From the IMG/VR virus record IMGVR_UViG_3300037067_026376, positions 17,698-81,697 of that record: a DNA stretch of 64,000 bases, one strand, 5' to 3'. Source of the DNA: a virus. Its lineage: Duplodnaviria; Caudoviricetes. A program made the translations under genes and the position numbers. The notes under the pieces were generated by a model. That model was not told the DNA's origin. It ran no database searches and saw only the letters and a list, made by a program, of their open reading frames with translations. This document shows, one piece after another, positions 1 to 7,078 of this stretch; the first letter of the stretch is position 1; each line of letters opens with the position of its first letter.

Positions 1-97
1 GGATACTTGATTACTGTTGAGCTCCTGTAACGTAAATTCAGATATCTGGTGATCACAGGCATATAACCGGATACCAAGCCTTTTCAAAAACCAATTC

Positions 98-571
98 CTA
101 ATTCTGCGTTTTAGCATAAATCCTCCTCCCGTAATCTGCCATAAGAATCGCCTCTGCCCGGCCATCAAGCATTCGCCCCCTCGGCGTAAAAAATTCAATA
201 CTGGGAAATAACTGTTGCGCCGCCTTTACCGATGCATCCTTTCCCTTGTTAATAAGTGAAAATTCCTTCTTCCACTTCGCGGGATGGATTTCCTGATATG
301 GAATTTCAAGAATATCAAGACATGCCTTTATCTTCCCGTAACCGATGCCATAAGTAAATGCGCCTTTAATTCCTTGCTTCGGAAGGACCTGAGCGCTCTC
401 TAAGATACAGAAACAATTATCTTTTGATAGATCTGAATTACTTTTGACTATATATAAGTGTTCATATAAATCAGAGGGATTTTCAGGCATGTCAATTACA
501 CGCCCCCCTGGATGATCGATTACTGCTAAGGCACCTGACTTTCCAGGATCACATCCTAAGAATACTGTCAT
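98..571 (-). CDS. ruvC: RuvC-like Holliday junction resolvase
   Basis: VFLGCDPGKSGALA N-terminal motif, CILES, and C-terminal DGRAEAILMA. Likely start is the ATG at 571 (ATGA overlap with the upstream stop), not the GTG at 655. Confidence 0.85.
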   Translation of the reverse strand: MTVFLGCDPGKSGALAVIDHPGGRVIDMPENPSDLYEHLYIVKSNSDLSKDNCFCILESAQVLPKQGIKGAFTYGIGYGKIKACLDILEIPYQEIHPAKWKKEFSLINKGKDASVKAAQQLFPSIEFFTPRGRMLDGRAEAILMADYGRRIYAKTQN

Positions 572-765
572 TTCTTTTTGTCCTTTTTCATAATAGAATA
601 TTCTATAAAAAGCCCGGATATGATAATTATCGCTGCAGCAACTGCGATCCACCACAGAAGCAGCGCCCAGGAATATTTTTCAGAAATAAACAGGCACCAA
701 TAGGTGTTGGCAAGAATTATCAAAGCAGATATGATTGGTAAAATTATATTTACGAATAATTTCAT
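568..765 (-). CDS. small membrane protein
   Basis: 65 aa with two hydrophobic segments; translationally coupled to both neighbours. Confidence 0.6.
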   Translation of the reverse strand: MKLFVNIILPIISALIILANTYWCLFISEKYSWALLLWWIAVAAAIIIISGLFIEYSIMKKDKKK

Positions 766-1223
766 TGTAAACCTCCAGGCAATAATTTCGGCACTCTCCC
801 TGTACTTGCAATCTGCAGTAATTGCGGGAGTAAATGATCACTTAATTGTTTTCCGTCCGGCATCATAACGAAAGCCAGGAATTCCTTTTCTATAGTTGAG
901 ATTCCTGATTCCACAGCTTCAAGTTTCGCCTTTACCGCCAAAACAAGAGCACGCCAACGCTGCCGTATCGCTTGTTCATACGCTTGTTCTGCCTGATTAT
1001 TTTTGCGGGAACGGCCAGTATCTGTTTTAATAAATTCTTCTTTTTTAGGCAGAGGTACAGTAATCTGTATCATGAGTCCATTATATTCAAACATAAGATA
1101 AGCAATATCTTTTCTTTCCATAACTCCGAATGCATCTGCTCCATATTTTCTTAAAATATTCTGAACTTCCTGTTGCGACTTCTCAACAGACACGCTTGTA
1201 TTTTGAGCATAATGATTTTTCAT
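762..1223 (-). CDS. conserved phage hypothetical protein
   Basis: 153 aa; YAQNTSVSVEKSQQEV...WRALVLAVKAKLEAVESGI pattern recalled from phage hypotheticals; coupled ORF. Confidence 0.65.
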   Translation of the reverse strand: MKNHYAQNTSVSVEKSQQEVQNILRKYGADAFGVMERKDIAYLMFEYNGLMIQITVPLPKKEEFIKTDTGRSRKNNQAEQAYEQAIRQRWRALVLAVKAKLEAVESGISTIEKEFLAFVMMPDGKQLSDHLLPQLLQIASTGRVPKLLPGGLQ

Positions 1224-2449
1224 TTACTTTTTTCTTTTAACTCCATCTTTTCCTTTATCGCTAAATCAAGTTTCTGTTTTAAATCATTCTTTTCTATTTT
1301 GTGTACCAGTTGCCGCAAACTATATTCTTTTCCCTCCCAGGGAATCCTAACTGTTTCAATACTATCAACGACTTCACCATCATCATGCCTTAAATCATAG
1401 AGAAATATAAGAGCCTCCTCAATTGAGGCGGAATCCTTGCTCTTATCGAGAGTTATGGTTATTTTTTCCTTTATGTCTTTTAATATAATGTCTTTTATCT
1501 CAGGAAATTCTATTAATTTCACCTTAGCATTTTCTCTGCCCTGCCCCAATCTCTCCCCGTTATAAGACAGCCATACCCCTGATTTCTCTATGATACCGTG
1601 TTTAATTCCAAGATCTATGATCTCCCCCTCGACAGATATGCCGTGCCCAAAAATTATATCGAATTCTGCTTGACGATGCGGACTCGCACACTTATTTTTG
1701 ATTACTTTTACCCGTACACGATTCCCTATTATTTCGTCGCCTTTTTTTAAGGACTCAATTTTTCTTATATCTAGACGAACAGAAGAATAAAATTTAAGGG
1801 CATTACCTCCAGGATTCACTTCTTTTGATCCAAACATTTTCATAGGATCGATTCTTATCTGATTAATAAAAAATAAACATGTCTTTGATTTTGATACAAC
1901 TCCAGTAAGTTTTCTTAATCCTTGCGACATCAATCTTGCTAGTAAAGCAATATTTGAATCGCCAAAATTTCCATCTATTTCGGCCTGAGGAACAAGAGCA
2001 GCAACAGAATCTATTACTATGAAATCAATTATTCCTGATCTCGTCATTGTCTCTGCAATTTCAAGACATTCTTCGGCGGAGGATGGCTGAGAAAATAACA
2101 TTTTTTTAGTATCTATACCTATTCTTTCCGAGTATAAAGGATCAATTGCATGTTCCATATCCAAATAGGCCGCTATTCCTCCCATTTTTTGAACCTGAAC
2201 CACTATTTGTTGAGCAAGAGTTGATTTGCCACTCATTTCTGGGCCTACACATTCTACTATCCTTCCTTTTGGGATTCCATTGATCCCTAATGCTATATCA
2301 AGTTCCAAGGATCCAGTAGGTATGGATTCAATTTTTATCCTGGATGATTCATCGCCGAGCATCATTACTGAACCTTTTCCGAATTGCTTCTCAATTTGCG
2401 CTATCGTTTGATCAAGAATTTGCTGCTTATCCACTTTTTCTTCTTTCAT
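1220..2449 (-). CDS. recA: RecA recombinase with C-terminal extension
   Basis: IEKQFGKGSVM, GIPKGRIVEC.GPEMSGKSTL (Walker A), IVIDSVAALVP, FINQIR, GGNALKFYSSVRLDIR. Confidence 0.97.
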   Translation of the reverse strand: MKEEKVDKQQILDQTIAQIEKQFGKGSVMMLGDESSRIKIESIPTGSLELDIALGINGIPKGRIVECVGPEMSGKSTLAQQIVVQVQKMGGIAAYLDMEHAIDPLYSERIGIDTKKMLFSQPSSAEECLEIAETMTRSGIIDFIVIDSVAALVPQAEIDGNFGDSNIALLARLMSQGLRKLTGVVSKSKTCLFFINQIRIDPMKMFGSKEVNPGGNALKFYSSVRLDIRKIESLKKGDEIIGNRVRVKVIKNKCASPHRQAEFDIIFGHGISVEGEIIDLGIKHGIIEKSGVWLSYNGERLGQGRENAKVKLIEFPEIKDIILKDIKEKITITLDKSKDSASIEEALIFLYDLRHDDGEVVDSIETVRIPWEGKEYSLRQLVHKIEKNDLKQKLDLAIKEKMELKEKSK

Positions 2450-2964
2450 TATATCTTTTCCTCTACTAAAGCTAGTAAATCTTTATCTACAAATTCTTCC
2501 ACGACTCCAATTGTATCATCATGATTTCCATTATGGCAAACTACGCATAGAGCTATTTTTTCAAACCCCCTGCTTTTTGACATCCCGGTCGAACTATATC
2601 CCAGAGATATTATTCGTGCCTTAGAATTCAAGACTCTATTTAAAATGTTTTTTATTTTAGTGTCTTTCCCGATATATCGACCTTCATATTTTTCTCTTCC
2701 CTTACGAAGACTATACGGCGGATCCCAGATAACAGTATCAAACTTCAAATCAGTAGTGTTTATAAATTCATAGGCGTCTCCATGATGATGAGCTGGCATT
2801 TCCGGATCTAAATCGACTCTATATTCATCACAATTCATCATTACTTTTCCTGCAAATAAATTAAGAGTTTTGCCATTACACCATGATTCTACCCATTTCT
2901 TTAACTGAGGTTGCATGAAGGTATATCTCGCGGGTGGCTGCATTAAATATGTAAAATTTTTCAT
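2449..2964 (-). CDS. small amino (N6A/N4C) DNA methyltransferase-like protein
   Basis: LNLFAG (motif I-like) and DPPY catalytic motif. Confidence 0.7.
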   Translation of the reverse strand: MKNFTYLMQPPARYTFMQPQLKKWVESWCNGKTLNLFAGKVMMNCDEYRVDLDPEMPAHHHGDAYEFINTTDLKFDTVIWDPPYSLRKGREKYEGRYIGKDTKIKNILNRVLNSKARIISLGYSSTGMSKSRGFEKIALCVVCHNGNHDDTIGVVEEFVDKDLLALVEEKI

Positions 2965-3049
2965 TTATTTCCTTTTTATTATTGGCCAAGGCCGCGAACA
3001 CTCTTATCGACAGCCTCACTTACGCCTGGAGTGGTAGTACCAATATATT

Positions 3050-3415
3050 TTAAGATTCCTTGTTTATTCGCATAAATGCCGATCTGTCATAAAACGCAGC
3101 CTTATAAAAAATACTGGCTTTATAGTTTCCATCTTGATCTATTAACTCACTCCACATGGAGTGATCTGTGGCCCGCTTACTCCATCCCTTCGGTAACTCA
3201 GCTATGCAAAAAATAGGATCTTTAGCTAAAGGACTACCGAATTTTACTCCCTGATCTTGAAGAATTTTTTTATCTTCATCATTTATATTTACTGGTAATT
3301 CGGAACTATTTATTAACTGATTTTGTCCTTTCTTTTCTTGTTGTTCAATTGCTTCTGGATTTACACCCATGATCCAACCCGGATGTTTTGCATTTTTTTC
3401 TGTATTCGTTATCAT
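3050..3415 (-). CDS. hypothetical protein
   Basis: 121 aa ORF in operon orientation; LPKGW...HSMWS...IFYKAAFYDR. Confidence 0.65.
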   Translation of the reverse strand: MITNTEKNAKHPGWIMGVNPEAIEQQEKKGQNQLINSSELPVNINDEDKKILQDQGVKFGSPLAKDPIFCIAELPKGWSKRATDHSMWSELIDQDGNYKASIFYKAAFYDRSAFMRINKES

Positions 3416-3419
3416 TTTT

Positions 3420-3641
3420 TTACCTTTTAAATAAATCTCTTTTTAAGCTACCTTTAAGCAGAAGATTAAGCTTATCCGGGAAGATCCGGTATCTCCCGCC
3501 TATTTTCTTCCCTATGTGATAAACTTCACACCATGTCCTTATCGTGACTGCGCTGGTCTTGACTATTGCTGCAGCTTCTTGAGGAGATATCGTCTCCTCA
3601 AGCTCATATAAAGTTTCTTCTATTTTGCTGATATCGGGCAA
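3420..3641 (-). CDS. helix-turn-helix (excisionase/MerR-like) DNA-binding protein
   Basis: ISPQEAAAIVKTSAVTIRTWC...KIGGRYRI pattern. Confidence 0.75.
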   Translation of the reverse strand: MPDISKIEETLYELEETISPQEAAAIVKTSAVTIRTWCEVYHIGKKIGGRYRIFPDKLNLLLKGSLKRDLFKR

Positions 3642-3642
3642 T

Positions 3643-4737
3643 TTATTCTCCTAAGAGTTTTACTCTCTCATCGTCACATTTCCTGAATATATCGTCACTG
3701 CACTGATTGCAATCCTGAGTCAAATCATTATCCTTCCCGAATACATGATTATAAGGACATGGATTAGTAGAAGCCGCGGCTTCAGGAGATCTTGAACGCC
3801 TGCGCGATGATCTGCCCTCACTTGGAGCGGATACAGAAGCTGGTTTATTAACAGGGTCTACCTCATCAAATGATGGCCGTCTCAGATCGGAATTTACATC
3901 CCGGGAAGGGATATCTTCTTTGCCTGAGGCCTTATCATCATCAGATTCTTCTGCTTCTCCAGTTCCTACCTGAAAGTATGCGTTCCTAACCTCTTCATAC
4001 GCCGGTTTTATCAGCATTTTATCCAGAGGATATGCCTGCTCCATTACTTTATCGCTGTATTTCTTCGGATCTTTTCTCTCGGCGAAGGATACGGCATAAT
4101 TAAGGTTTTTGCCTGCCGCTGTATTCTGAGCCGTTACGATAAATTCTACACTGCAACCGAATTCAGGATCCCAGAAATCAGTAAATTTACCGTTACCAAA
4201 GGCCGTGGCTTCAAGCAGTTTCTTTTCGAACCAGAAATGAATTTCCTCAAATATCTGAATAACTCTTTTATCCTTCGGCTGATTCAAGTCGATTACATTA
4301 TAGAGACATCTGCGTTTTACCCCTAAAGGATTCCCATTTAATGAGGAATCAGGTACAGCTTTATCGTTTTTCAACATTCTCCTGTCTTCACATACAGGGC
4401 AGGGTTCGTTAAACATATTCTCGAGACATAGATAAGTATCATTACCCCCAGGCCCCATTTTTCTATGGACTTTAACGTCCGCGTTATAGGTGATATCGCC
4501 GGAAGGAATATCGGCAAGGTTATTTGTAGTCACAATAAAGGGCAAAATATCAATCCTGTTTATAATTTCCTTCCCTCTTTCCGTTATCTCTGGGCGATAA
4601 AACATCTCCTTCTTATACCCGCCGACAATTTCAAGATTAAGAATTGACTTCCCCGGGGTGTACCCGCCCTGATCTTTTGTATCGTAATTCTTTTGCGTTC
4701 TCTCCCTGATTTTTCTACGTCTTTCTTCTGCGTTCAT
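3643..4737 (-). CDS. T4 gp32-like single-stranded DNA-binding protein
   Basis: RIDILPF, HR...YLCL...PCPVCE, RCLYNVID, DFWDPEFG; RBS TTAGGAG; acidic low-complexity linker. Confidence 0.7.
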   Translation of the reverse strand: MNAEERRRKIRERTQKNYDTKDQGGYTPGKSILNLEIVGGYKKEMFYRPEITERGKEIINRIDILPFIVTTNNLADIPSGDITYNADVKVHRKMGPGGNDTYLCLENMFNEPCPVCEDRRMLKNDKAVPDSSLNGNPLGVKRRCLYNVIDLNQPKDKRVIQIFEEIHFWFEKKLLEATAFGNGKFTDFWDPEFGCSVEFIVTAQNTAAGKNLNYAVSFAERKDPKKYSDKVMEQAYPLDKMLIKPAYEEVRNAYFQVGTGEAEESDDDKASGKEDIPSRDVNSDLRRPSFDEVDPVNKPASVSAPSEGRSSRRRSRSPEAAASTNPCPYNHVFGKDNDLTQDCNQCSDDIFRKCDDERVKLLGE

Positions 4738-5171
4738 AAATATTTTTACTCCTAAAATTTAATTTTATAATACCGTTGCCGGTCTTCCCCGGCTGTTGCT
4801 TTGGTTACCGCCATAGCGTCCTAGCCACGTCCAAAAAGATTTTATTAGCTATTCCTTCAGATAGATACTTTCCGGGGCTTATTCAGGTTTACCCATACCC
4901 TCTCTATCGACTCTATGCTATCTCTGATTTCAAAGCCTGTCCCCTATTCTCAGTCTTTACATAGGAAGCGTAACCCGATACACGACTGCGCTGTCCGCCT
5001 TTTTCAAAAATCTTCGAGGGCTGCGACAGCACTTTTAAAATAATACCGGCTACTTTTTACGGAAGTAGCAAACCGTTAAAAATCAGGTTTAATTTGAGCC
5101 TGTATAAACGCCCATACAGTGGGCCGCTCAACACCTTTTCCGCTTTGACCTGAATGCGGTAGGATTTTTCT

Positions 5172-5245
5172 TAGCGGAAGCGGGAATCGAACCCGCAAAG
5201 TGCAAGGGTTATGAACCCTCCGACTTACCATTGGTCTATTCCGCG
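5172..5245 (-). tRNA. tRNA-fMet (CAT), initiator type; CCA not encoded
   Basis: Cloverleaf CGCGGAA/TTCCGCT, D arm, anticodon arm GAGGG-TTCATAA-CCCTT with three G:C pairs, T arm GCGGG-TTCGATT-CCCGC; position 1:72 unpaired. Confidence 0.9.
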
Positions 5246-5364
5246 ATGTTATAATACCAAACAGGAGGTGAGACTTAAATAAACACTCCTATTGAGCGGC
5301 AGGCCGCCACGCCTTATCTCATGCACTAACGCTATTCACGCCACGCCGGGCAAATCCTGCTTCC

Positions 5365-5529
5365 CTATTTAAAAAGGGCACTTCTGAAGTCTTTTAATTC
5401 CTGATCCAGAACTTTCATGACTTCTTTTGGGTCTTCCCCGTCTTCAACAGTTGCGGAAACTCCGGGTTTAATATTTTCATAATTACCCAGATTGAATGTC
5501 CTCTCAACTGTCACTTCTTTGATCTTCAT
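5365..5529 (-). CDS. small hypothetical protein (54 aa, not in ORF track)
   Basis: Hand translation: MKIKEVTVERTFNLGNYENIKPGVSATVEDGEDPKEVMKVLDQELKDFRSALFK. Confidence 0.65.
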   Translation of the reverse strand: MKIKEVTVERTFNLGNYENIKPGVSATVEDGEDPKEVMKVLDQELKDFRSALFK

Positions 5530-5683
5530 CTACTTCTGCCTTATAAAATTTATCTAAAATAGCTTACGCTATTTTAATATTTATTTCCTGTTCAAAGGAA
5601 CAGGCTTTAACGGTGTAGCCCACCGTAATATATTTAATGTTATTTTATTTTGCTCCTACAATAAAATATTATTCATTTCCGCT

Positions 5684-5923
5684 TTATCTAAAAACCATCT
5701 CTCCGACTATACTTTTTAATTTCTCCTGTCTTTTTTCTGTGTATTCTGCTTGTAATTCCTCTTTACTTTTATTTAAATTCCAAATTAATTTATTCCCGCA
5801 ATTTGGACAATAATTATCTCCGTTTTTTAAATGTTTAGATTTACATGCAGGACATTTAAAAACTTCTCCATACCATTCTTCCTCTCCAATTAAATTCTCG
5901 CTTTTAATTATTATTTCTTTCAT
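5684..5923 (-). CDS. small zinc-ribbon protein
   Basis: CPAC...YCPNCG; RBS AGGAG. Confidence 0.6.
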   Translation of the reverse strand: MKEIIIKSENLIGEEEWYGEVFKCPACKSKHLKNGDNYCPNCGNKLIWNLNKSKEELQAEYTEKRQEKLKSIVGEMVFR

Positions 5924-6043
5924 ATATTTTTGCTCCTATTTAAAATAATAACGCGGGCAGGTGAGGTATCAGTTTATTGTGCTGATCAAGCTTTACATAA
6001 ACATCCCATTCTCCTTTTACTTTCCTTGCCCATTTATAATGCC

Positions 6044-6211
6044 TTGTAGGGGTGGGACTTTCACCCACTAGAAAAATTTCAGAAGAACATACCGTATACA
6101 AGAAGTCCTCCTAAGTGATTTTTATAAAAAACAGTGGAAGTTGTCCAAACTCATGCCTGAGCGTTTTTTATATTTTTCCTATCTTATCCGTCCTTTTATT
6201 ACGTCCCTACA
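6044..6211 (-). ncRNA. tRNA-like ncRNA with expanded anticodon-arm domain (unassigned)
   Basis: 7-bp acceptor stem TGTAGGG/CCCTACA stacked on GTGGG-TGAAAGT-CCCAC T arm, with a ~95-nt structured insert. Confidence 0.55.
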
Positions 6212-6223
6212 TTATAATACCAT

Positions 6224-6308
6224 TATCAGAATAGGATATCTTCAATGGGACTCACACCCACTATTCCGATAACTGATAGATATCTTCAAACCGACTCTCA
6301 CGGCTATC
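6224..6308 (-). ncRNA. tandem T-loop motif RNA (unassigned)
   Basis: Two copies of stem-[hairpin with TGWGAGT loop]-TTGAAGATATC-stem. Confidence 0.45.
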
Positions 6309-6313
6309 GTGCT

Positions 6314-6847
6314 TTATAAAGCCTTATCCTCCGTTACGGATCTTCTTCTCCTGCTGTTTATCCTTTCCGATACCTCAGACCTTTTCTCCTCTGTTTTCTG
6401 TTTCCATTGCTCCTGCATACTCAGTATCTTCTTTAAGTCCCGGGGTTCTTTCGGCCCGGCGAAATAAGCTCCGCCCCAAAGCCGGACGAGGTTTTCCAGT
6501 GAAGTCTTCTTATGATCAAGGGCGCGGACGGCGTTATTACAGATATTATATTGATATATCGAGTTATGAAATTTTTCCGTAGCTTCTTTATGAAGAGTGT
6601 GAGTTTCTATATAAGCCTTTACCACTGCTTCAGTGAACTTATTCCCAGAATTCTTTTCCCTGAATTCTTTATCGATTGTGGAATCTATGAAATCAAGACT
6701 CTCTTTTGCTTTTTTCATTTTATCCTCTGCGATAGAAGATAATTTGGCCCATTTCATATATACCCGAGGCTGATTTATCCATTCCACATCTAATGCCTCG
6801 GCGTCAATACTGACATCTTTTTCGTAATCTAAATTTTCTTCTGACAT
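6314..6847 (-). CDS. UvsY-like recombination mediator
   Basis: IDAEALDVEWINQP..Y.KW...TEAVVKAYI...ALDHKKTSLENLV coiled-coil pattern; context of RecA and gp32-like SSB. Confidence 0.6.
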   Translation of the reverse strand: MSEENLDYEKDVSIDAEALDVEWINQPRVYMKWAKLSSIAEDKMKKAKESLDFIDSTIDKEFREKNSGNKFTEAVVKAYIETHTLHKEATEKFHNSIYQYNICNNAVRALDHKKTSLENLVRLWGGAYFAGPKEPRDLKKILSMQEQWKQKTEEKRSEVSERINSRRRRSVTEDKAL

Positions 6848-6865
6848 TCAATTCTCCTTTTTATT

Positions 6866-7078
6866 TTAATAACTCCCAGACCGAGACCCAGACCGAGACC
6901 CAGACCCAGACCCAGACCAAGACCCAGACCCAGACCCAGACCCAACCCCAGACCCAGACCAAGACCCAGACCCAGACCCAGACCGAGACCCAGACCCAGA
7001 CCGAGACCCAGACCCAGACCGAGACCAAGACCCAGACCCATACCAAGACCCAGACCTTATATAATTAGCAACTATCAT
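6866..7078 (-). CDS. Ser-Gly/Arg/Trp repeat peptide
   Basis: Start overlaps the upstream stop (TAATG); body is a (S-G/R/W)n repeat. Confidence 0.6.
   Translation of the reverse strand: MIVANYIRSGSWYGSGSWSRSGSGSRSGSGSRSGSGSGSWSGSGVGSGSGSGSWSGSGSGSRSGSRSGSY
6875..7056. repeat. hexanucleotide tandem repeat (TCTNGG)n on the minus strand, about 30 units
   Basis: Directly visible cccaga/ccgaga/ccaaga units on the plus strand. Confidence 0.95.

Noticed and set aside
4775-5032. tmRNA, RNase P RNA or SRP RNA
   Set aside because: No T arm/CCA end or tag frame, no GAGGAAAGTCC or AGAA…GGCTTA boxes, no SRP helix-8 motif.
6861-7046. (Trp/Val)n reading frame of the hexamer repeat
   Set aside because: GTG start without RBS or coupling; open only because the repeat lacks stops.
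6875-7056. CRISPR array or telomere-like repeat
   Set aside because: It is a 6-nt tandem repeat without spacers, inside a coupled ORF; no cas genes in the window.
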